A DNA stretch of 64,000 bases, taken from a virus. The translations under genes were made by a program, and so were the position numbers. The number at the start of each line of letters is the position of its first letter. Position 1 is the stretch's first letter. Where the stretch lies: positions 1 through 64,000 of the IMG/VR virus record IMGVR_UViG_3300032046_000008. The stretch is one strand, 5' to 3'. The notes below the pieces were generated by a model. That model was given only the letters and a program-made list of their open reading frames with translations, was not told the origin of the DNA and made no database searches. This document shows positions 36,088 through 44,821 of the stretch, in pieces.

Positions 36088-36282
36088 TCATGATTCCTCC
36101 ACAAGCCGATAACCCCGCTTGCCGAGAGGTCGTAATCGAGACATCAGGATTGTCGTCACTCTACCTATAACTAGATTCTGACACTCCACTACTGCGGGTG
36201 CTGGAAGTCGAATAATCTTGAATCGACGTCCACCATCGCGTGGATCTGTGCTTTCCCAAATTTGGCCCACTCGCACGTTCAT
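36088..36282 (-). CDS. Small SH3-like protein
   Basis: V.VGQIW.S.DPR..GR.......GYRLV. Confidence 0.6.
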   Translation of the reverse strand: MNVRVGQIWESTDPRDGGRRFKIIRLPAPAVVECQNLVIGRVTTILMSRLRPLGKRGYRLVEES

Positions 36283-36296
36283 GATTGATTCTCTCC

Positions 36297-36704
36297 CTAG
36301 TACATCCCTGGGAATTCTGTGCCCTCGAGTTCATCGAGCGCACTCTCTACTTCACTCTGCGCCTCTTCCATCTCTGACTCGAGCTCGCGCAGTTCCTCCT
36401 CTTCCTCGTCTGTTGGCTCCTTGCCAATCTCGGTCTCCCTGTCCTTCCAGGCCAAGAATTTCTCATTGTAGCTCGAGACAGCACTGCCGAGACTATCCAG
36501 ACCAGAGTCCAGATTCTCACAGGCAGCCTCAAGATCCTCGTACTTCGAGGAACTCTCGAGGTTGGTACCCTGCATACCATCGCGCCAGTTCTCCATCTCC
36601 TCCTTGAGGCCCTCGATCTCTCCGTAATCCTCGGAGACCTCTTCCTCGCCGAGAACTGAGCGAATCTCATCACAGGCTTTGCTCAGTCGTCTGGCCCTGC
36701 TCAT
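36297..36704 (-). CDS. Acidic coiled-coil phage protein
   Basis: EIE.LKEEMENWRD.M..TNLESS.KY..LE and C-terminal EFPGMY. Confidence 0.65.
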   Translation of the reverse strand: MSRARRLSKACDEIRSVLGEEEVSEDYGEIEGLKEEMENWRDGMQGTNLESSSKYEDLEAACENLDSGLDSLGSAVSSYNEKFLAWKDRETEIGKEPTDEEEEELRELESEMEEAQSEVESALDELEGTEFPGMY

Positions 36705-37228
36705 GTAGACAGGTGCGCCAGTCTTCTTGAGACCTTCACGATTGATGCACTCGCCACATCGCTTGCCCTTCTCGGCGAGGAAGAGGTCTCTTCTGTTGTT
36801 TCCCGCAACCGCCACAGGTCTGCATTCGATATGTCTTAGGCATCGGGATTCTCCTTGCACCAAGCTTTAAATTGGCGAAGAGCTTCTGAGTAGACTTGGT
36901 CTTCTTCTTGCCAACCTTTTGCATCGCCGATGGCAGACATCGCAGTCAGTACAGCACGATTGGCCTTGAAAGCTCTACGATCTGCCTTTTCGCGAGTAAT
37001 CATCAGATTGCGAATCTGTCTTGCTGTTGGAATACCCATTATCCTATCCTTCCTCGGACTGCGTACCAAAAACACAATCCTGCTATCAGGGCTAAACTCC
37101 AGATGAGTGCAATGATCTTGAGAGTTTCGAAAATGTGCATCAGTGAGAACATATCTCGCACTGCCAACCCATGCGCGTCCATCGATGCGGTCTGACAATC
37201 TTACAAATCCAGCAATATATCAGTAGTG

Positions 37229-37696
37229 TCATGCCTGAACTTCCATATCTGCCCAATCGGGCTCTGGATCATCCAGCGGCACGACAGCCCGAATTGTCCA
37301 ATCTTCGCCGATTCGTTTCAGCACATTCATCGCGCCAATTTCCTCATCGAACACGTATGCCCACTCCATGCCCATGTCATCAGTCTCAGTAACAGATGAT
37401 TCTTCTTCATGCCGATCATCGTGACAATAGCACTCTGCTGGCCGCTCACCATCAAGGAAGTTCACCTTGTCACCAAGTTCTCTGAATCCTGGTGACAGGT
37501 CAAGGTTAGCGCCGTTGATTGTAGACCAACCGGCTGGATGCTCGTCGATGAGCAGACGCAACAGATCGGGCAATGGACGCTCATGGGCGGCTGCCCATAA
37601 TGTCTTGCCCAGGCCAGTCGGATAGCCATCCCAATGATGATAGACACCCAGGAATCCATCCCCGTGCTTTCTAGCTATACAGGCTCTTGTGGACAT
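37229..37696 (-). CDS. Conserved phage hypothetical protein
   Basis: MSTR..I......VY.H.DGYP...G..L and EWAYVF motifs; strong RBS. Confidence 0.75.
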   Translation of the reverse strand: MSTRACIARKHGDGFLGVYHHWDGYPTGLGKTLWAAAHERPLPDLLRLLIDEHPAGWSTINGANLDLSPGFRELGDKVNFLDGERPAECYCHDDRHEEESSVTETDDMGMEWAYVFDEEIGAMNVLKRIGEDWTIRAVVPLDDPEPDWADMEVQA

Positions 37697-38267
37697 GCTC
37701 TTCTCCTTCTGCCCTTTGCATCAGCCGTTAATTTTCAACGGTTCATGAGGGGACAGAAGTCCCCCTCTTTCTGCGCTGCCAAACAGCCCTGATCCGTTCC
37801 TCTCTTTTGATCTCGCGTTCTGCCTTAGCCGCCACCGTGTGATAGCGGCAGACAGGTTTGCCATCCTCAATGATTACGGCGTTCCGGCCACATGGGTGCC
37901 TGCTCCATCTACTGAGACCACTGAAGACCTGTTCCAAACATTGCTCGCTCATTCTCACGCCTCCACTAGTTCACATGCCTTGCAGTTGGCGCTGCCCATG
38001 CAGTTCTCACATACCAGCTGCTTGCATTTGGGACATCGCTGCATACAATCCAGAGACCTCACCTGCGAGTATACCTCACAACTGTTCTGGATGTCTGAGA
38101 GTTTTACCATATTGTTCCTTCCCCAGAGCTACCGGCCCTGGCCCCTGAGTCTAGGGTTAGGCGCTGGACTGACTGGCAGGTACGCTATAGCGGCTGAAAA
38201 GCCTTCTCCCTGCACTTACTGCCACCGCTGTCACCCGCAGGCCCAGGGGCGAACGCCAGAGCGCCCG

Positions 38268-38480
38268 CTAACTGACAGTGTTACGGTCTAAGTATCGCTC
38301 TAGGTTGTGACGTTCTTTTCCCTCTGGTTCTATTAGACTCCCAAGGTAGGTTGGCATGCGACCTATAGGCCGGAGTACACCTGCCAGTCCATCGGTGACT
38401 AGCCTCTGCGCCTCTGCTAAATTGTCGGCCTCTACATCGCGGTCGAAGATCGCCACTGCTGCCACATGATACCGTACCAT
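38268..38480 (-). CDS. Hypothetical protein
   Basis: GGAGG RBS; V.A....EA motif. Confidence 0.55.
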   Translation of the reverse strand: MVRYHVAAVAIFDRDVEADNLAEAQRLVTDGLAGVLRPIGRMPTYLGSLIEPEGKERHNLERYLDRNTVS

Positions 38481-38797
38481 CGTACCCTCCTGCCTCTAAC
38501 TCTGCGCCCTCACACGGCGCACAGGTGGCGGCAGGAAGCCGCCTATTTGTCATCTTTTATGCTCCTCTCAGTGCCACAGACCGTATCTCATCTGTGAGGT
38601 GGAACTGGAGCGCCAACCTTACAGCCATGTCTCCTGGGAGTCGCCCTGATCGCACAGCCTCCAGTAGTTTCTTGGCGGCCAGTCGTCGGTCCCCATCCCT
38701 TTGTAGCACACCGAGCACCATCTCATGGCCCCAGCGCCACATACTCTGCTCTTCGGCTCGCTCGACGGCCTCTAAAGGCTCTGACCGAACTTCCCAT

Positions 38798-39031
38798 TTA
38801 GCTCCCACTTGAGCCTTCTTCTCTGCAGCAGCATTCGATGATTCGAATCTCGACCCACGCCTGGGGATGTCCAAGCCCGTGGTACATGGGAGGTGCAGCA
38901 ACCTTCTTAACCTCGGCCTCCTCGTGGGTCTTGGTCGTTGCTAGTATCCTAGGGGATGTGCTTCTACCCCACTTGTCTTCTGGCAGGAATCCTAACACAT
39001 GGAAGTGTGTCTTGTTAACTCCCGCTGGCAT
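38798..39031 (-). CDS. Small hypothetical protein, paralog of 29636..29842; probable first early gene
   Basis: GAAGGAG RBS after an intergenic region; shared motif with paralog. Confidence 0.7.
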   Translation of the reverse strand: MPAGVNKTHFHVLGFLPEDKWGRSTSPRILATTKTHEEAEVKKVAAPPMYHGLGHPQAWVEIRIIECCCREEGSSGS

Positions 39032-39130
39032 GATCTCGGCTCTCCTTCACGCCTTTATTATCGCTTATTAGGTGAAAGAAGGAAAGCTTGTAGAGAAGCA
39101 TCTACAGGAGTTCTCGAGGATTGAGAGACT

Positions 39131-39604
39131 ACTAGGAGGAATTAGAAAGCGCGTTCACACGAGGACAAGAGAGTTCGCCGTTTTTCACACGAATTCGGGG
39201 ACCATTAAACATTACTGGGTTTGAAGAAGCTTCTTCGATTGCTCTTTCTGAGTTAAAAGACGAGCCAATACCGTGAGAGCTTTCTTCTCTTTCTTTAATT
39301 TTTGATGCTACGCCGAATGCGCCCCTTTGTTTGCGAAGAGTTGCAAATTGGAAGGATCATCATCCCGAGTATGACCATTAATATGATGTACTATTTCACC
39401 GTGAGCAATGGACCGACCGATCTTCTGTTCCATTACGGCATGCGATCTGGATTGCCAGCCCATCTCTGTTTTAATATTTATATATTTGGCGCTGAGTCGG
39501 CCTCGACTCATTTTGAACGCGACGTCAGGTCTACACACTCCGCAATAAGGATGGGCCTTGCCGCAGGATTTGACTTTGTACATCTTGCCTTTGCTTTTAT
39601 ACAT
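39131..39604 (-). pseudogene. HNH homing endonuclease with an internal TAG inside the final H...H motif
   Basis: HHING...D...NL.LF....AHSA*H; the frame stays open for about 58 further codons after TAG 39308-39310. Confidence 0.55.
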
Positions 39605-39634
39605 CGGGTCGCGTGGATGCTTTGTGGATCGCCA

Positions 39635-39859
39635 TTAGCACGACTGAGGGTCTAATATTTTCTTTTCTTCTTCCAGCTCCTTCTGACCCGTTGGAGCTTC
39701 TGGCGCTATCTCATCTCGCCATATATCAATCTCGCGAGGAGCCTTGATACCGAGGGAAACCTTATTGCGCTGCACTCCTAAGACAACGATATGGATCTCT
39801 AGACCATCTTTTCCTTGGAGAATCAGACCTTCATTCTCATGGCGCGTCAGTACTAGCAT
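39635..39859 (-). CDS. csrA: Carbon storage regulator CsrA/RsmA homolog
   Basis: MLVLTR..NE...I...I.I.VL.V..N.V.LGI.AP.EI.I.R.EI. Confidence 0.9.
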   Translation of the reverse strand: MLVLTRHENEGLILQGKDGLEIHIVVLGVQRNKVSLGIKAPREIDIWRDEIAPEAPTGQKELEEEKKILDPQSC

Positions 39860-39887
39860 GTCTTCCTCCCTGAAGACTGCCCCGCCA

Positions 39888-40091
39888 TTATTCCATCTCT
39901 CTTGTTAAGTGTAGACTTTGTCTGACCTGCAGCATCTCCCAAGCAGCCCAGACACTGAATGCCATAAATACTGTCAAGACTCCAAGCAGTGAACGCTCGC
40001 GCTTAGTTTCTGCGATTTCTTCTAGCATCTCAGAGGCAACTGCCAATGCAACTTGTGCAGCGAGGAATGAAGCCAAAGCATTAAGCATCAC
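39888..40091 (-). CDS. Small membrane protein (lysis-associated?)
   Basis: Two hydrophobic segments; coupled to the lysin-like gene. Confidence 0.5.
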   Translation of the reverse strand: MMLNALASFLAAQVALAVASEMLEEIAETKRERSLLGVLTVFMAFSVWAAWEMLQVRQSLHLTREME

Positions 40092-40957
40092 GCACCTAAA
40101 GCCTGCCTAGTAGCATCTCCTGCTGCCTTGGAGACCATCATTGCCACTTTGTCTATATTTACTGCAGGTCTACCTGGCTGAAGTGCTAAATCCACGATTT
40201 CCCAGGCATCCCGAGCTCCCCATTTGGCTCTGTCATTGCAATCATGAGCGGCATAGAGAGATGTGCCATGAATCTTCTGCCCCAAGACTGTCGTCCATCG
40301 CCAGGCGAGGATAATTTGCCCTATAATCTCCTCATAATCCATGCGGCCATAAGTCTGGATGGCCGGCAATATGGGGGCGCTACGACCAGGTTCTGGAAGG
40401 GTTGGGCCTAGTTTTTGCCATCGCCAATACGCATCATCAAAGGCCATCTGTAGATCACCAAACGGTGTGTTTGGATAGAATGCTTTCGGGTAGATCATTA
40501 CTAGCCAACCGGCTACATACTTTGCCAGTTCTTTGTGGTAGGGCAAACTCAGCCGATTGCCTCGGAAGTCTGTGCTGGCATAAATGGGAGCAAGACCACC
40601 AAATCTCTCTATTAATTGTTTTACATTGTTACCATTTGGCTCGGCCTCATATGGCCCTTCCATATTCAGCGCAACAGAGGCTGCGCCATGTTCCTGGACA
40701 GCCCAGCGCAGAGCATCAGCTTCAGCCAGAGCACAACTCGGCATACAATAAATCTCTGCGGCCAGAAACAACCCAGCCTGCCGTATCTTATGGGCGCTGA
40801 CTGGAAAATCTGCCCTTCTCACGAGATTATTAGAATAGATGGGTTCCTGATAAGCTGCCTTCAAAATGATGGTATTGCCCCCAATATCCTTAGTTAACGC
40901 AATCACCTTGTCAATATTGAAGGCTTGCTCATTCCAATGCCAAATTCCACGCAGAAT
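40088..40957 (-). CDS. Putative endolysin (TIM-barrel glycoside hydrolase-like)
   Basis: G.W.W...G.N.IILKA, EA, LNME, P..QTY pattern; follows holin-like genes; start upstream of GTG 40906 inferred. Confidence 0.5.
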   Translation of the reverse strand: MLRGIWHWNEQAFNIDKVIALTKDIGGNTIILKAAYQEPIYSNNLVRRADFPVSAHKIRQAGLFLAAEIYCMPSCALAEADALRWAVQEHGAASVALNMEGPYEAEPNGNNVKQLIERFGGLAPIYASTDFRGNRLSLPYHKELAKYVAGWLVMIYPKAFYPNTPFGDLQMAFDDAYWRWQKLGPTLPEPGRSAPILPAIQTYGRMDYEEIIGQIILAWRWTTVLGQKIHGTSLYAAHDCNDRAKWGARDAWEIVDLALQPGRPAVNIDKVAMMVSKAAGDATRQALGA

Positions 40958-40975
40958 TGTTACTGCCCTCCTTCC

Positions 40976-41176
40976 TTATGGCACCTTTGTCTTGACCCAA
41001 TCGATGATTCCCTGAATAGTTACACCACCGCCTGCTAGACCAATGATTGAAACGATGGTCAAGTTGAACTGCTGCTCTGTCAGACCTCCTTGGAATGCCT
41101 GAATTGCTACTACTCCTATGATGCCACTGATCCCTGCAATAACAGCGACCAATTTGCGACTATTAAGTTGTGCCAC
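40976..41176 (-). CDS. Holin-like 2-TM protein
   Basis: SRKL.A plus two TM helices and QG..D; GGAGG RBS before GTG. Confidence 0.65.
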   Translation of the reverse strand: MAQLNSRKLVAVIAGISGIIGVVAIQAFQGGLTEQQFNLTIVSIIGLAGGGVTIQGIIDWVKTKVP

Positions 41177-41238
41177 TTCCAACCTCCGTATGATGTTATC
41201 CCATTCGACTCCAGGACTACGCCTTGGAAGCCATATAC

Positions 41239-41505
41239 TCATTTCTCTAATAACCGCATCACTACTGCGGTTAATGGTCCTGCGCCAACAGCTACTAAAG
41301 CCCAGAGAGCTTTGCCTCCTCCAGCAGCACCTTCCAGCTTCGCCTTCCAAAGTTTCAATGTTCCTACTTCGCCATTGATTCGTTTCATTTCTTTCTTGAT
41401 CTCTTCATGAGCCAAATCATTACGCTCTGCCATTCCCTTGAACTCTCGGTCGCGGAAGTCAGCTAGTTCGCTCCGAAGAGCTGCAAGTTCTGTTGCTTGA
41501 TCCAT
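41239..41505 (-). CDS. Coiled-coil plus C-terminal TM protein (XhlA-like, lysis module)
   Basis: ING.V..L..W motif followed by a TM helix. Confidence 0.6.
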   Translation of the reverse strand: MDQATELAALRSELADFRDREFKGMAERNDLAHEEIKKEMKRINGEVGTLKLWKAKLEGAAGGGKALWALVAVGAGPLTAVVMRLLEK

Positions 41506-41517
41506 ATTATTTTCCTC

Positions 41518-42696
41518 TCAGAGTACATATCCCTGATTATGCACGTAGCCAGCTGCTGGCGTGTAGTCCGTGGCACAATGAGCCACCTGAAAGCCCATAG
41601 CAGAGACGTTAGCGGAGCCCCCGCTACCCGAAGTGGTCCGCATCCCGCCCAGAGTGTTGTCAAGATTAGCCTGCGTCCAGGCCGCGCCTTCCGTGTCTAT
41701 ATCACGACCATAACCCGACCACGCTGGAACCGCCCATGCGGTTGTAAGAGTGCGGGCCGTCTCCGCAATCGTCGTCGTCCGCTTCATAAGACCCGCAGCA
41801 TCATACGAATTTATGTCAGCAGTCTTAGCCCTACAGACAACCTTCACGGCCCAGATGTAGTCGCCACCAGGAATGCCAATGGTGGCGCAACTCTGCATTC
41901 CATAGAGATCGTCCAGTAGATTGCTGGTATAAACATAGTCCGTGTCACTAGAGGGCGCTTCATCAACGCAGGCATAGTTAGTGCCCGCTGAGGGAGTCCA
42001 GGCCACGGCGCTATTGCTTATCGGCCTCGATGACCGTATCGCCATGATGCCGCTCTTCGGCGGTGCTATATCTGTACCAGCAACATAAGATGCAACGTAG
42101 AGGTCGTCGGTATAGACTGTCAGCCCAGGATTCATCTTTGCGCTGGTAGCGCCCCGCAGGAACTCTACATAGTCAAGCGCCAACAAATTGCTGGTGGTGT
42201 AGGTCACGGCCAGAGTCCCGCCCACATAGACGTTCATGACGTGGGTTGCCATTATGTACTCAACACACAGCTCATTCCAGGAACCCAGAGCAATAACGTT
42301 GGGTGCTGAGGTTGCGTATATGGTCGCGCCGTCTTCACTGCTGATCTGGAGGCATGGACTCCCGCTGCTGACCGCCCAAAGCAAAGCGAAGGTCGTGCCA
42401 CTCCAGTACCCAAGCCACATTAGGAGCCCTGCTATGCCCGACCCCGTGATAGCATCCGCCGAGTAGAAACCGAATGTGGACCGAAAGGGATTGTTGACGT
42501 TCCAATCTATCCCCACACCAGAAGGCTTAATGTAGGGCTGCTGACCTGCAACGGTGCAATCATGCTTGAACGATGCTAGCCCTGTCCGCTTCTGGGCGGT
42601 GCTTCGCTCACAGCCAGTACCAACGGCGGCCTCAGTGCAGTTCCCTGCCGCGCCGTCATACTCGGCCCCAGCCATGAAGAGGGTCTGACGTGCCAC
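41518..42696 (-). CDS. Putative virion/tail accessory protein (ConA/LamG-like N-terminus)
   Basis: W..L.V......VYV.G, Y.DDL.V, NYA.VDE....D.DY and WT...L beta-rich pattern. Confidence 0.6.
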   Translation of the reverse strand: MARQTLFMAGAEYDGAAGNCTEAAVGTGCERSTAQKRTGLASFKHDCTVAGQQPYIKPSGVGIDWNVNNPFRSTFGFYSADAITGSGIAGLLMWLGYWSGTTFALLWAVSSGSPCLQISSEDGATIYATSAPNVIALGSWNELCVEYIMATHVMNVYVGGTLAVTYTTSNLLALDYVEFLRGATSAKMNPGLTVYTDDLYVASYVAGTDIAPPKSGIMAIRSSRPISNSAVAWTPSAGTNYACVDEAPSSDTDYVYTSNLLDDLYGMQSCATIGIPGGDYIWAVKVVCRAKTADINSYDAAGLMKRTTTIAETARTLTTAWAVPAWSGYGRDIDTEGAAWTQANLDNTLGGMRTTSGSGGSANVSAMGFQVAHCATDYTPAAGYVHNQGYVL

Positions 42697-43199
42697 TAGA
42701 GTTTACCTACAGTCTTCGCCATGTGAGCCGAGTAGAGCCGAAGAGCCCCGAACTGGTTGACGTAATCGGCCTGTTGAAATGGCCCGCCGTCCAACCAAGT
42801 CCGCAGCGGGACAGCAACGGTGCGATATATCCAGCCGAAGGCATATTCCTCCTGCTTCGCAGCAATCCTAGTCTGGAACCAGAAGCGGAAAAGTTCGCGT
42901 ACAGTGGTCGTGGTAGGTGCCCACAGGGCAAGTTGGGAGGCCCAGATGCGTTCCAGGGGGTGTGGAGCAGCAAGTGGCTTGGAGCCTGGTGGTGCTTCCA
43001 GCACAGCAGGCCGTACCACAAATAGGCTTTGATTGTCGTCCGAGATATAAACCTGGCCGACCTTACGTTCCGCCGCAACTCGATCCGGCGTCCAGAGGTC
43101 AACAGGTTCGGAACAAGAAGCTGCCGTTATAGGAACTTGGGCGTTCCAAATGGAAGCCGCTAGTGCATCATCGACGGCGGTTGTTACTATTCTGGCCAT
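42696..43199 (-). CDS. Hypothetical protein
   Basis: GGAG RBS; coupled to the downstream gene. Confidence 0.55.
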   Translation of the reverse strand: MARIVTTAVDDALAASIWNAQVPITAASCSEPVDLWTPDRVAAERKVGQVYISDDNQSLFVVRPAVLEAPPGSKPLAAPHPLERIWASQLALWAPTTTTVRELFRFWFQTRIAAKQEEYAFGWIYRTVAVPLRTWLDGGPFQQADYVNQFGALRLYSAHMAKTVGKL

Positions 43200-43231
43200 C
43201 TATATCTCCACCCAGTCCCGGTATGCGGTCA

Positions 43232-44821
43232 TCACCCCTTCAATGCCTTCTCGTAATACTCCATGTTGACCTTCAGCCGCTCGCTATCTGGGCGGGCAGC
43301 CAGAGCAATACCACCATACTTCAGGGCTTCTTTGTTGCGTCCTGCCTTGTGACAGGCTAAGGCTAGCTCGTCCCAGCGATACCAGTCATAGATGGTCTGG
43401 TCTACAAAGTAGGTGCTAGGGCTGAATGCTGTAGATGCTAGTAACCAACCGATAGCCTCCTCGTACCGCTTCTGGGCGCGAGCTGTCTTTCCCAGCCAGA
43501 AATAAGGCTCTGCCCAGCCAGCGAACTCAGCCAGAGACTTCAATGCTGCCTGCCATGCAGACTTTTCATCTCCTAGTGCTCGCCAACAATCGGCAGCCAT
43601 GAGACAAGCACGAGAGCGTTGAATAGGCCATCCCGGAGGAATCTGAAGTAGAAGGGCCACAAGCCCCAGACATTCATGCCAGTGCTTCTTGTAAAAATGC
43701 TGACGAGCCAGGTAAAACAATGTCCGCTCAGTTAGAGTTTCTTTCTCGAGGTCAGAGCGCAGAGCATCAAACATATCGGCATGATTTGGTCGGTCCCCAC
43801 TGGGTCGTGACAGATGTTCTACGACAATGTCTTTGTGCTCTATCCGCCCTGTTCCATTAAGCCAGTTATGGGCTGCACCATGCCAACTCCACTCCTTGGT
43901 ATTCTTGTGCAGCAGTTCTTGGCGAGCATATGTGGTAGCAGGATTCCCATTCTTGTCACGGCTGAAGATCATGAATGGCGCTATACCATCCTGTTTGCCC
44001 TCGCTAACTATCTGTCTGATGGCCTCATGGCCCTCTAGCAGAATCTCGTCAGCATCCTGCCAGTAGAGATATTCGCCGAAACATAGACCTTCAGCATAGT
44101 TCCGAGCCGCAGCGAAGTCGTCACACCAGGGAAAATGACCCATACGAGCACCATAGGACTTAGCAATCTCTATGGTCTTGTCAGAGGAGCCGGTGTCTAC
44201 GATGACCAACTCGTCCCATAGACCTTTTAGAGAATCAAGGCACGTGGGAAGAAGTTCCTCTTCATTCTTAACAATCAGTACAATTGACAATTTGGGTTGC
44301 TTGCGATGGGCAGTGGCCACAAGATATTGATCAGAATATGGATGAGTCAAAATAGGCCCAATAGCGCCAAGAGCCTTCGGCAATACACCATCTGTAAACT
44401 CACGCACATGAGCAGGATCTGGTACAGCAGCCCCATTAGGAACAGTTACCACAAGATGCCCATTAGGAGCGAGGGACTGTCTGATCTTCTTTAGCAAGAG
44501 GGCTTCTGTCTTATTATCTAAGTGCTCTAACAACTCCCCCAGGACGATGGTGTGCCAAGAACCTCGGGGCATAGGCTCCTTGATAAAATCATGCACCTTG
44601 AACTTCTTGCCAGGATTACGATGAGCAGCTAAATCAATGGCTGCCTGGGAGAAGTCGAGACCAAGGTAATGGCCGTCGCAGAACTGCGCCAGTCTACCAT
44701 CACCACAGCCCACATCTAGTACCTTGCCAGAGCATAGAGAGGCTGTGTAGCGCACCCTGTTCTCGTCCACGTGGTAGCGCCCGTTGTAGATCTTGTCATA
44801 ATAAGATGAATCCTTCATCAT
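43232..44821 (-). CDS. Methyltransferase-GT2 glycosyltransferase-TPR fusion protein
   Basis: VLDVGCG.G and E.LEH (MTase); [27 protein letters not shown] and DADE (GT2); C-terminal TPRs. Confidence 0.9.
   Translation of the reverse strand: MMKDSSYYDKIYNGRYHVDENRVRYTASLCSGKVLDVGCGDGRLAQFCDGHYLGLDFSQAAIDLAAHRNPGKKFKVHDFIKEPMPRGSWHTIVLGELLEHLDNKTEALLLKKIRQSLAPNGHLVVTVPNGAAVPDPAHVREFTDGVLPKALGAIGPILTHPYSDQYLVATAHRKQPKLSIVLIVKNEEELLPTCLDSLKGLWDELVIVDTGSSDKTIEIAKSYGARMGHFPWCDDFAAARNYAEGLCFGEYLYWQDADEILLEGHEAIRQIVSEGKQDGIAPFMIFSRDKNGNPATTYARQELLHKNTKEWSWHGAAHNWLNGTGRIEHKDIVVEHLSRPSGDRPNHADMFDALRSDLEKETLTERTLFYLARQHFYKKHWHECLGLVALLLQIPPGWPIQRSRACLMAADCWRALGDEKSAWQAALKSLAEFAGWAEPYFWLGKTARAQKRYEEAIGWLLASTAFSPSTYFVDQTIYDWYRWDELALACHKAGRNKEALKYGGIALAARPDSERLKVNMEYYEKALKG

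Noticed and set aside
39308-39310. Possible TAG stop-codon reassignment
   Set aside because: TAG ends other genes directly before the next start (e.g. 15704, 19293, 42696), and long genes are intact in code 11
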